A stretch of 64,000 nucleotides of DNA from Lingula anatina. Taxonomy: Eukaryota > Animalia > Brachiopoda. Shown piece by piece: positions 14,501 to 27,100 of the stretch. Position 1 is the stretch's first letter, and each line of letters begins with the position of its first letter. Position numbers and translations under genes: made by a program. The stretch lies in contig CM120641.1 in assembly GCA_051362555.1 (NCBI GenBank), forward strand, positions 14,508,001 through 14,572,000, given 5' to 3'. The notes beneath the pieces were generated by a model that saw only the letters and a program-made list of their open reading frames with translations, searched no databases and had not been told where the DNA came from.

Positions 14501-16609
14501 GTCCCAGGATCAAATGTGGCGACCCACTTAAATGCCTGCCGTTTACTCCTCTGATAGACACTGAATACATTTCCCTCTGGGATTACGCAACAAGCATTCA
14601 AGTATTTGATCCGCAGACTAGTTAGTCCGCTATTGTGAATGCGGCCTGACTCATTTCAAAGGTATTTATGCTTATTGTAGAATTACGTCTTTCGATTTTT
14701 GATTTTAGGATTGCAGCTATATTTGAAGTTTCCAAATTTAAGAAGATAAAACTTACCGATAAATTATTATTACCTCGACTTATCCCAATAGTAGCGGTCA
14801 GTCTTATTTACCTGACTGCTTGGACGGTGGCCGAACAGAATCGTCTTATTCCGCTGACCACCTCCTCTGGGCTAAAATTCAGTACATGTTTAGCGGGTTG
14901 GTGGCAGCATGGCGCAGAATCATGTGAGTATTTGAGTATCATGAATTTACATGAAGGCTCCAATATCGGGTGGCTCAAAGAAAAAAAAACTAATTGTTAA
15001 GTTCACTAACTTCTATAGGTTTGAAGATATTGCAATGAAATTAGAGGTATTTTAGAAAACGATGTGTCTAAAAAATTCTGAAAATTTCTTGAATCTATCT
15101 TTCTTGGTTTTGGCACACAGAAAAAATTGAAATCTTATGTCAAGAAATTCCATGCCGGCCTATGTGACTTCCGACAGGTGCCAGTGTCGTGCACTTTTGA
15201 CACATTGACTTAAAATTTTATTTATTTTTGTGGTACTTACAATATCCCAAATTTCATTGCAAAAAAATTTTAGTTATTGAATTTTGAAAATAGAAACGTT
15301 TTTTTAGCTCCCTGATTTATATCTTATACTTGATTACTTAAATGATGGGAAATCTTATTCTTATTTTTTGGCTTTGAAATCTGCGAAAAACGACTCTCCT
15401 TTAAAAAAGTGGTGATAATCCTTATGCACCATGACAATCAATATAAAGCATATTTTCATTTAATAAAAGCATTTTGTCTTATTTAATTAAACAGCTAATG
15501 AAAATGCAAAACTATGGACCGTATATATATTCTCCACATAATCAATATTTGAAAACACGTCTTATTTCAGGTAAGCTTGGTTTTCTGCTCTGGGGAGTAT
15601 ACCTCTCATTCGTGGTGAGAAAGGCGCCAAGTTATTACAACGAGAGCAAACACATATCTTGGTCAATTTACAATACTGGGTTATTAGGCCTTTCGCTTTA
15701 TATAATACAGTAAGTCGTTTTTCACCAATTTATACATTTCTGTGATAAATGACCAGTATTAGAGGCGACATATTTATTTGATACCCATACGTCAATGAAC
15801 AATGAGACAGAAACGCATTGGATAAACATTATTAAGCAAAGTGTTAATTAATGTCCATTAACAAGTAGCCTGGAGATAACTGTAGAATATCATTTGATTA
15901 CTGTAGCGAGAAGGACCTTACATATTGCATACAGAAATGATAATTGGGGGAATGAATGCATATTGTACCACTGGGATACACAATATGATAGAAGGAGGAA
16001 TAAAGAAATGTTTCTGTCATGAAGTCCCTGACCTCATTTCTCTGTATATAGACCCATGGGCGAAACTTATGTTATTTACCATTAGCACGCGAAGTTGGGA
16101 TAACTTTTATCCTTCAAATGGAAGTGGCTTTTTTGTGTAATATGTTCTCCATTATGTTTTCAGTCAGTTTATAGCAATGCAGGAGGGACCAGATGTACAG
16201 TACCTTATGTTGATTCTTTACCTGCAAGTCTCAGTCACCAGCATGATGTGCCTCATTTATGTTCCAAAGGTAATTTCCCGGGAGTGCATTATATTATGCA
16301 TGGGAAGAGCCATGAATGGGTTGACGTCGTCAAACATAACACGCTTTGGTTTCTTTGTTTAAAAGCTGTAACACTAGTCTTAGCTCGTGATGTACATAAC
16401 ATGTTTTCCACCTGCTATTGGGATCTTCGAAAACGCCAGCACAAATCAAGTTACTTTCGTGTGAAAAAGCTTACAGGACATTACAGTAGATTTCTCTTAT
16501 GACCTGTGTTGTTTCAAGGCAAAGGGATGAATTTTTCATATAAAAGTACAACTACTTTTGTCATTGAAAGAAATTAACTAACAGGAAGATTTCGTGTTAA
16601 AGCAGGTCC

Positions 16610-16645
<36 letters not shown>

Positions 16646-18231
16646 ATATCATAGTGTAATGTTTAAAGGTATATGGTGTTCACAAGTTCGTAGGTAGTAA
16701 CGCAACCCACATAACGTAATCAAAGCATACATCTTAGTTAGGATTATGGCATTTTAGGTAGACGTTTTTTTCTGGTCTCTGATTTCCCGTGATAAATGGA
16801 AATCATAATCATGAAATCCAAGGTAATCAAAGTATAAAAGAACAATATTTCTCTCTTCTTTTGGCCCCTTGAATACAATACAGATAGAATTTATTTCGAT
16901 AAAAATTTCAAAAAGCTTGTGCTACACAGAAGCAGGCGTTAGATAACACAGGGCCTAGCCAAGCATAGCACTGTCGTCATTACCGGCAATTCCTGCATTT
17001 GAAAAATGGCAGGAATTATCGCCTTTTACAATGGTATTATTAGGCTTCGTTCACATGCAATGTCTATTTTCTAAATTCTATTTTCTATTTGCGGTATGTC
17101 TTATGATCACGGTCTGTGGCCTGAATATCCCGCGGCGTAATTACTGGCAGCGCGAGCCAGTTACTACATGTATAAGTTACTATAGATACGTGATCATAAG
17201 ATAGAGCAAATAGAAAATAGAAATTAGAAAATAGACATTGCATGTGAACGAAGCCTTAATTGTATTGCAACCTGAAGGGCGTTATACTGTTGTCATACTG
17301 ATAAGTCTTGTATTGAGAATCAACAGAAAATTAATATCTAATAGAATTTTAAATAAAAGGACTGCGCGATTTGTCTTCTTTTATGATCCAGTGCACAGAC
17401 GCGTCAAATCCAAAAGTTGCGTGTTGTTTTTATTACCCTGTAAAACTGATGCTGTCAAGTGCAACAGCAGGGCGTTTGAGGCAGTTTTTTCTCGTTTTAT
17501 CCATTAAAAAATTCTGATATGTTCGTGCAAGATATTTTTTTTCATTTTTGCTCTAGTTGTAGCAAACAGCTTTGGAGCTGTCTCGGTTCACATTTCCTAA
17601 GGATGCACATTTATAAATATTTCCGTACGTAGGCTACTAAATGCTATTGTATATCTATTGATTTTCATACAGTAAGCCCTTCAACACTTCCTCGAAAATC
17701 TCATTGGAAAATTCACATGTATATAAAGAAAAATGCACACGTGTTACGTGTAGGCCTACGTGTGAAACGATTATCGTTAAGAATCTCATAAATTGTTGTC
17801 TATGGATGTTGAACTGCTAAAGTAATTGTTCTGACCTTTGTGTCTCAAGCGAACTGTCTTGTATTCGAACCATACTAAGCAATTAGTTAAAGCTTTCTTA
17901 AATTACAAATATGTCTATAGATAATTTAAACATACATGTATGGCATTTATTTTAAGTGATACTCATTTCTACCTTTCAGTTCCACGTCATTCTTTATCCT
18001 CAGAACGCCAGTAATTTAGCATTACAAGAAGGGCCGGGGAGAGGAGTTTCTCAAAGACAACGATCGTATCACAACCGCAGTCTTTTCAATAACAAAATCT
18101 ACCCCAGTACATCAGAACCCGGCAACTTGACGGAAATTGATAACCGAACGATTTCTCGCAAGATGCAGGCAGACGCTTGCGTTCAGACATCCCAGGCGTC
18201 ATCAACCGTTGTTTTCCAAAGTCACATTTGA
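2867..18231 (+). CDS. GPR158/GPR179-like class C GPCR (signal peptide, Cache-type ectodomain, Cys-rich/EGF-like stalk, 7TM, short C-tail), about 686 aa, 11 exons
   Basis: Phase-consistent GT-AG exons: 2867-2948, 6160-6628, 7404-7571, 7971-8091, 10915-11244, 13662-13730, 14128-14237, 14709-14923, 15571-15709, 16164-16269, 17980-18231. Motifs: IFGSAIAWEP, FCPYAFR, GHWTMPYFDCGGGDIWMVTFSAPFF, IDINQC, GLRRGAYECLCKKGFYFP, VIKAASPVFL, GFALTYGALLLKTYRI, APSYYNESKHI, LIYVPKF. The first exon (MSGNNVRNWQKAVVFFISYFACTGANT) is the least certain. Confidence 0.9.
8480..8506. repeat. (CA)n microsatellite
   Basis: Direct reading. Confidence 0.9.
9067..9291 (+). mobile_element. MITE family A copy 1 (PIF/Harbinger-Tourist-like)
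   Basis: TAA flanks; CATTCCCA.AGATTT / AAATCT.TGGGAATG termini; homologous to 19785-19999 and 45525-45739. Confidence 0.85.
11529..13396. mobile_element. PIF/Harbinger-like non-autonomous element (outer element of a nest)
   Basis: Imperfect TIR AGCCTAGCTTATATTTGCCACG / CGTGGCAAATATATTCAAGGCT with TTA on both sides. Confidence 0.65.
11627..12906. mobile_element. Non-autonomous TIR DNA transposon of about 1.28 kb (inner element of the nest)
   Basis: Perfect TAGGGGAGACCGGGGCTAGTTGG / CCAACTAGCCCCGGTCTCCCCTA (terminal TA may be the TSD); internal GGGC(T/A)AGTTGG motif copies near 11997, 12021, 12680, 12702. Confidence 0.85.
14472..14647. mobile_element. MITE with about 32-bp TIR
   Basis: AGGCTGCATTCACAACAGCGGACTAACTAGTC / GACTAGTTAGTCCGCTATTGTGAATGCGGCCT. 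Confidence 0.8.
16610..16643. repeat. (AC)n microsatellite
   Basis: Direct reading. Confidence 0.95.
17043..17255. mobile_element. MITE with long TIR and TTA TSD (Harbinger-like)
   Basis: TTA|GGCTTCGTTCACATGCAATGTCTATTTTCTAA... / ...TTAGAAAATAGACATTGCATGTGAACGAAGCC|TTA; pairing extends about 65 bp. Confidence 0.9.
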
Positions 18232-19784
18232 ATGGCCATTGGGTGACCCTAGCAATGACATTTGGACGTGCAACGTGATATGCATAAATGTGTATGTACA
18301 GGAGAATGGTTACCATTATAATCACTGCAGGGAATATCTTACTCTTCATTTTTAAATATGAAAGTAAATCATATTCATTTTTGTCTATGTTGGTGTTGGT
18401 TTGAGATATTCTCTGCCATTCAACAAAACAGAAAATCGAACTTTTTAGGCCAAGAAGAAAAATGTGTGTCACCATTTTATGTTTCGCCGAAAGCTTTGAC
18501 GATTTTGATAAAGTAGGCCTACTTTTGTGACATAGACACTAGAGCATGAACTATGTACCGTTTCCATAACATTCTAAGCATAGATTCTCAATGGACAGGA
18601 CATGTCGACCTGGGTAATTCCGATGGGCAGTTCTGTCAACAGAGGTCTTGCAAACCTCGCAAAGACTGTCAGACTCGGTCAAATGCTCTAAGTGGATTGG
18701 AAATGATAATAATCATATAGTTCACATGACAAGAGTAGATATACTTCATCTGTAAACAACTAGTACGTGTTCATGATTTAGAGCCGAAAGATAGTATTGG
18801 TGCTTTGCTGAAACTCGCCAAATATGTTTGGCACTGTCTGATCTTTATTTTGATTGATTGCTTATTATTATTATTATTTGTTATTTTTGGAGTGGGATCA
18901 GTCTGTATACGGTATGTGAAGCAATAACCGTTCTGTTACATACATGGATTCTTCCTTATGTGTTAGAGATTAATGTGGCGAAATAGTAGTTAGATTTGTT
19001 TAAGGAAAGCGTGACAAGATGATCGGAGATCACATCAAATTCATAACGAGTAACTCGAAGAGTTTGCATTTTGGCACGTACACCTGGGGGTACGCCTCGA
19101 GGGAGGCTTTGAATTTAAAAACAAGACAACTGACATTTATTAGGTCTGAGTCAAAATTTAGAACAATAATAAGGAAATACGCAGACTATGTCAAAAAGCA
19201 CAAACGTATCGTAATGGTGTCGTGGCTATACACGTACAATATAACTGACACCTGAGTATGCACAAATGCACACGTAGGAGCGCACCTACACTCCATCAGT
19301 TTTGTAACAATATCATTCATTGATTTGTAGTTATGATTTCAATAAAAGATAAATATTTTTGAAAGGATACATTGTTTAGTATGCACTGTATATGTATGTA
19401 GATAGTCCGACAAACTGGTCACTTGATGGGTGGTTATAGAATATATATATATATATATGAGATGTAATTTAATGCAGTATAAGTATGGTCGTCATTAAGG
19501 TCCACTGACCTTGATCACATCAAAACGACGCTTACTCGGGCTCTGGATTAACCTGTTTTAATTCTTGCTTTATATATGTTCGCGATGAATGAGCGACTCA
19601 AAAGTGAAAAACGCTGTTTAGATGATATGGCAATTGCGAGAAAAAATTACCCATGCAGAAAAGCATCTTAGAGGAGTATAAATTTCGTCAGCTTGTGTTC
19701 TGGGACAGATCTTAAATTTTACAAGATAGTTTGATTGCCTTTCGCTCTTTCCTTTGAATATATATTATATTTGGTCTTATCTTG

Positions 19785-19999
19785 GGATCTATTCCCATAG
19801 ATTTTAGATCGATCTATCCCCGCGGGGAGTCTCACTAGATTACTTTCAGATAATCCGACGTAAATGTCCGTCCCGCCTACTACAAGCCGTAAGGGGGTAA
19901 TTAACTTTCGTGTCCGCCCGGCTGACAGCTATTTAGCGTGAACCCCCAGGGAGTTAGGTCGATCTAAAGTAGGTCGATCTAATCTATGGAAATGGGGTG
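19785..19999 (+). mobile_element. MITE family A copy 2
   Basis: Shares TAGATCGATCTATC..GGGGAGTCTCACTAGAT..TTAGCGTGAACCCC.AGGGAGTTAGGTCGATC with copies 1 and 3. Confidence 0.85.
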
Positions 20000-22725
20000 T
20001 AGGATAGATCTTCGTTGTGTATAATAGTCTACAAAACCATTAGGATGGAATTCTTGCAACAAAACCAAGCAAATCAATAGATAAAAGCAAAAGAAAGAAA
20101 ACGAATGTAATGTCTAATAAGATAACAACATTTGATAACTTTTTGTGCAACTATAAATTGATAAAGATAGTCGTAGTAATAATTATGGAGTCACTACCAA
20201 TAGCAAATTAAGCGTATTGAGTATGTTATGAGCTGTTTCTTTTTTTCTGTTGTAATTTAGCTGTCAGGATGGGTTTCATCTATTATCAATTCCACTAAGT
20301 TATCACCTGTTCTATTTCTATACTCTATCCTTTGTATCAAATACTTGATGTCATTGTAGTCCACACTCTATCATCAGTCTCTTCAAGATATTGCGTCTCT
20401 CCACTTTCTCCTCGACATATGTTGAATCCTTAAAATCATGTTTCAGTGAGATATTTCTTTATCGACACTCTCCACTACCACACATTGTTCTTCACACTCA
20501 ATCATCAATTCCTTCAAGATATTGTGGCTGTCCTCTTTCTCCTCGGCATTATGTTGAATCCATACAGTCATTTTTTCTTTCCAGGAGTAACAATGCATCG
20601 ACTATTCTTGTCTCTCCAACCTTACTGCGATTTCTTCTTTAATAATTCTAAATTTTGTCATTTAAATGATAAAGAATAAAACAACACTGGTTCCCGTTTT
20701 TTTCTTTAACCAGATTTTTTTACACTGATAAAATGTTGTCTATAACTATTAACAAGTAAAAAAAAAGTTAATAAATAAATAAAATAAATAATAATAATAA
20801 TAACCGACTTCCCTTGTACGTGAGGGCATGAGTGACGACTGAAGTCTTTCAATACATCATTTCTTAAGCGTTTTATTTTTAAACAACAAACATTAACAAT
20901 TTTAAAAATCTGATAAGAACAGAGAAAAAACTTAAAACATCCAAACATTTAGTACTATGATACTAAAAATCTTTAGTAATTTCCACAGGAAATGTTCCAT
21001 GTTATGAGTCAGATATACTGGTAATGGCGTGTAACAGTAATCTGGCCACCATGATATCAAACGTTTATAATACTTTGTGTTAACTGCATATATTTTAACA
21101 AATCAAAAACATTAAAGCAACAGCGAAAAAAAAAGCTAAAAATGTAATTTTTTCCAAATCTCGTAGGTTTAAATTCAACATGTGAATTACTTATGCTGAT
21201 GACTTAGTCACACTTAGTGATAAAGGTAAATATGACAATAAACAAAACAAGTGCAATATTGCTAACAAGTCTCTCATCTTCACAGTCTGAGATGAAAATC
21301 TCCCCAGTAACATTTATTACAAGGGAGAAGTCATATACAGCACATCAATTTGGCACCACAAGTAACAGTTCTCAGATTTGTGTATGGTTAATTTCAAGGC
21401 AAGGAAATGACAATGTCCAGAAAATGTATCATTTCTAACAACAGCCTCTTAATAAACTGCAAAGAAATTACAATAAATTTTCTCATAACCCCACATGAAC
21501 TAACATACCTGGTGGGTAAATGGACTTTCAGCAAATTACAGCCAACATTCCAAATTAAGAATCATCACAGCACAATTCTGTATGGTTCATAAATCACTTA
21601 TGTCTTTTCCAAAGTTATAATTTACTGTTAAATATGAAAGGGAGAATGGCAAAGAGTAAATTCATTTCTAATACTATTTCCATTGTTTAATTTGAATGCT
21701 GGTGTATGTCCATTATCAGTGGTATCTTTGCTCTCACTTGTAAAGCATCAATTGGTGAACATCCAAAAGACCTCAGTTTCAGAAGACTGGGCTATCTCCT
21801 GAGTATGTACCACCAGCCGCCTAATACATTTCAATAGACAAGACTGTACTTATTAATGGTAACCATAAGAGGTTACCAGCAGCTTAGTTTCAAGGCACCA
21901 CAACAGGTCAGTAGGAGGGTGGCAAATTCTTTGCAGGCAGGACAAATAATGCAATTTCCACTTAAACACATGGTTAAGTCTCTTCTAAAATCAGTCAACA
22001 TCTTCAAAAGTACTAATACAAACCACTTTGTTACAACATTATGATCATGATATTCAATTATTTACTACACTTGGTGACTGGTTTTTTCATCAGACACCTC
22101 CACACTATTCAGACATGTTCAGGTTGATGTGCATGCAAATGCACATAATGAACAGCTTATTATATTGATTACTCCCTATTAACACGTTAAATGGACTATA
22201 TTCTACATGGTGAAATGATGACTAGCAAAACATTATATGCCATTGTCTCTGTATACCTTTGAAGTTTCCAACATGTACATAAGATATTATCAGTCATTTG
22301 ACATATGTCATAGACTTGATATGTTCTGCCTGAATAGCCCAAGTGTCAAAGAAATCAATAACTTACAGGTACTATTACATAAATCTTACTTAACATGTCT
22401 GAACAAACATGCTTTTCTTAAATGACGTCTGTAAAATATCAATTTTCAACTAAAGATTGTTTGAAAAAATATGTACAAGTTTTCATTTTCAATGAGGAAA
22501 TCTTTGTAATATTAATATCAATATAGACAAATAGGTCCTATTTTGATCCATTTAAACTGACATAGGGCACTTAAATCCATAATGATACTGTTTATTTTTC
22601 AACCAATAAAGAAAATGCTAGTAGATAAAACCAATACCAGGTAAGCCAGATAAAATTGCCCATGTGCAGAGATAGGAAAAAAATAAAATGTTGCTATGGC
22701 TACACAGTGGTATTTTTTCCACCTT

Positions 22726-24128
22726 CTAAGGATCCTGGCAGCCACTCTCTTGTTTTATTCCATGGTCTTCATTCTTAGGATCATTAGAATTCTCTCCTAA
22801 GTATTCCTTCACTTCTTCCCCAGAACAGCTGTCTTTGTTAAAACTAGCTGGCAACTTGTAGGCATTCAGTAAATACTGACTGTAATCCTTAGCCTTGTCC
22901 CTGTAATGAGCATTTAAGATACAAAAATTGAAGAGCTAAAATTACATCCAAACTTTAATTAAGCCATTTTATACATTAAACTGAAGAAATTTACAATTCT
23001 TATGAAAGGGGTTCTAAAAACAAATAAAATAATAATAATAATTATAATAATAAATATGATTAATATTAGGTTTTGTATTAGTCATTCTTCATACTGTTTC
23101 AAGAAAGAAACTGCATGTCCAGACAAAGAAGATTGATATAACTACAGATGACAGAGTCAAAGCTAAATGGCATCTCATTACTTGTAGGGTTTTTGCTCCT
23201 CTGCTGTCATACTTCTCCAGGCACTTCCCATCAACTTGCTGATATGAGAGGTATGGGTACCTGGGTGTTTACTGAAATATGGATAAGAACACTATTAGCA
23301 GAAAGTCAGATCAACATAAAATTCAATACAACTGCAATGATGCATTATTACCTGATACTTGATACAAATTGGCACTACTGTAGATTAATAGTTTTAGGCA
23401 GGCAGGCAGGATACAGTTAGCTGTGGTTTAATTATTTCATCCTCTCATGAACTTTGTAAAGACATGTTTTCAACATGTAATCAAGGTAATTTTTCTACTT
23501 ATTGCTTTCAATAACTAATGGATTTGACGTGTACTTTTCTCATGAACTTTATTTTGGCATAGACAGCAATTAGGTGAAAACATATTAGAAAGATCGAGAA
23601 AGAGAGAGAATGGTGTTCATGTGACACCTAGTGGTATTGCATTAGATGAGATTATTCAGTACAAATCTTGTTTAGTATAGTATATATTCAATTCTTACTC
23701 AATGAAATTCTTCCTATTAATCCTGCTGAACATCATGAATCCATTCATCCAAGACGTCTTCCTCAGGTCAATTCTCGCAGGCTCCTGGACTGCAGATTGC
23801 CTTGAATTCATACACACAATTAATCAATCCATACAAGTTGATTATGAAAAACCAAAATGGGATTTCCAGTTAATAATTTTTTTCAATATATTACTACTTA
23901 CTTATAAAATGCTAGAGTTTTAAACTAAAAAAATCACAATCTTAGAAACATCCTTATTCAAGAATAAACTTAAAAGCATCCAATGGAGGATATAAAATGC
24001 ATTTTAAGTGCATGGATCACTTCTTGTTGAACTTATGTGAGGGCAATTAAAACACTTTAAAACATAAAATGACAGATTAATGGCCTTAATTAATAAATAA
24101 TCAAATTCACCATCCCCTGATTGGAAGT

Positions 24129-24176
<48 letters not shown>

Positions 24177-27100
24177 CTAAAATGCAACTGCAAAGTTTTA
24201 AATGATTTTGAAGAAAGCTAAGCCTTATTGATTCTACATACAGTTACAGTAGTTTTAAACCAATGTATAATGGCTGTAACTAGGCAGACCACTGCTGGGC
24301 TGGCAACTAGCTGATCATGACATCAAACAAAATACATGTACATCGCACTCCATTCTATTTTGCCTCATTTATCACAGTCCATACAAACACCAGCCTGTTA
24401 TGCCAGTACGTTCTCAGAGGTATATAGAAGCCATCTTAAATATCCACAGATATTAAGGTCTGCTTATTATACTTCATTCTCCATTGCTAACTAAGACTTA
24501 TCCAAGTGCATCACTCTCAATCTATTCTGAGACAACAAAAACCCAAATCATTCCAAAACAAATACTTAAAAATATGTGATCATTTCCTTACCTGTCTGAG
24601 GCACTTTCTTCTACTTCAATATCTTTTTCAGCAGATTCTGAACCTGCACAAATATTGATATACTACATTAAATCCAATTACACATAATGGAAAGTATAGT
24701 CCCCATTGTTAGTGTGAACAGTTTCATAGGCTGTTGATCCAGTAGTTTTCTGCATAGCATCATTTAAGGTTAAAGAGACCTGTTGGCAGCATATATCAAA
24801 ATGAGTGGAAACTGAATTAATTTGATATTGTCGTAAGATTACAAATTTATCCTACATAGTAATCAATCCAAGTCCCTTACATATATTAATGCTGAACAAG
24901 GAAAAAAAGGAAGCAATCATTAACAGTAATTAACCTGTAAATGTGTGCAAGTCAAAAATGACCTGCATATTACTACTGCTAGGCATATTCTTGATATTAA
25001 ATGTTAAAAGCCAATTAACCTACATACTTAAATGTAAAAAATACTGGTAAAGTTAAAAGGAGATTAACTACAACTAACAAACATATTTTAACTAATCATC
25101 AGTATGTTAGTATAATTTAACAAGCAAAGGTGTAAGAAGTTTGTTTCATACCAGATGTCTTCCTTTCTGTCTCGTCTTCTTTTTCAGAGCTGAACTGATG
25201 TGATTTTAACACAGAGTTACTGAAATCTTCATTACATGTTTCACCTACAATCAAAATTGCAGCCTACAGTGTCAAAACCTGGTAAACCATTAGCATTTTT
25301 AACTTCATTCAGATGTGGATTTCAATCAAAAGTGAGAAATAAAAGAGAAAAAGAGATAACTTTATTAAATACTTCTATATAAAAAAAATTACAGAGGAGA
25401 AATAATCTGCTCAATCCCCACCATCACAACAAACACAATGGTTACAGTTGACCACCACCCAGCTTAGTACCTTCAGCACTCTCCCAGTCATTCATTTCTT
25501 CCTTTTTACCTTTCTCCATATTTTGCTGTAATCTATACATTCGGGTCTTGTACTTTCCCATGACTTTCCTCATAGTGAGGGGTCTAATGACAGGAGAACG
25601 CTTGGCCATGTGCAGGCAAGACTTTTTCAGGGGGCAAGCCTTCTTTGGAGGGGTTTTCAATCCAAAAAGGAAGCTGTTTTTCAAACAGCTGGGGGCAATC
25701 TGCTTTTTCTGGGCAACTAAACGGTTTACCTTCTTTTGCACACTTGCAGGTTTCCTAGAGAAATAATTAAAATCTAGCATCAAATCCTTTTTTTTTTTAA
25801 TTCAACGCACACTGAGAGTAAAATTGATTTAAAGATACAAAATTTATCTTAAATTAACATTACCAACAACATCAGCAAACATTTACTGATCAAGCACACT
25901 ATTAAGATTCACTCTCATAGGGAAAAAAAGAATACCAACTTTTGAAACAAAGACTGTTCAGGTGTAGAAGGTGTTACAATAACCCCTGAATTCTTTGTAG
26001 GTGTGAGTTGATGACCTCTCTGAACAGGTGTCTTGGCAGAAGACTTGCCATGGCACTCTGCTTCTCTTTTGGTCTTTGGTGTTCTGATTGGAGACTGTAT
26101 TCTCTCGGGGGAGGTCAAAGGGGATTTGGAACACAGCTTGGGAGTACTGAGCAAGTCAAAGAAGGAAGAATCTTGGTCTTTCAGCTCAGATTCTTCATAC
26201 ATGGATGATGTCTGTGTCAAATCACTGGTGCTGGCATTCTACAAAGATTGGAGAAATTTATTTCAAAACAGTTTTATAAAATACATATTAAAAATAAAAT
26301 TGCTATGAATAAACTTTCTTTAATTGACATAAAATGTAAAACTACTTGGTATTTAAGTCTTAGCATGCAGAATGCCTTCTCATCAGCACTATAAGCACCA
26401 AGCTAGTTTTACATTTAAAAAAATTATTGAATCAAATGTTTGTATAATTCACTAGACAAAATGGCAGAAAATTCATTAAAAAACTAACAACCCCATAAAC
26501 TGAATAAAACAATTTACATATTAAAAGATACAAAAACTTAAAATAAATAAAAAGTAAATGAATAAACTAGCCAATGTGCAGTAATCATACCTTCCATTTA
26601 ATGCATATTTGTAAAAGTAAGGATTTCCCTCTATATTTATATTGCACTTTTCAAAAATTTGCTCTTAGTGGAAGATGGACCATGCACTGTTGCTTGGAAG
26701 ATTTACGTAGGTAGCGATATTACCCTTGTTATTGCCTTGGGCTGTAACAGACATGCTTGTTGCAGAGCAATGGATCTTGCCTCAAGTTCTGTTATTATTT
26801 TGCAAGTTGAAAGCAAAACAATTTGAAACAAAATGAAAAAAAAAACATGTCAATATAATAATAATAAATAAACAAATAAAAGTATAAAATAACAAGCAAA
26901 CAGGTTAATAAAATAGCAAGCCAATTATTTAAAATCTAAAATGCATTTTGTAGAAAAATGTTAAAGGAAGCATTTGTAAAAAATTCATTTTAAAGTGCAA
27001 AATTCTTCAGAAAACAAAAACTATATAAAGTTATCCAAATCAGAACACAAACCCCTATATTAGCCATAGGTGAGGCTATTCTTTGGCACATGCATCATGA

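Noticed and set aside
14997-15403. Possible degenerate TTAA-type DNA transposon
   Set aside because: Could not identify matching TIRs at both ends.
26591-26788. Exon-like segment in the MEIOSIN-like gene
   Set aside because: Stops in all frames over its full length; neighbours join in phase 0 without it. A poison or mini-exon cannot be excluded.
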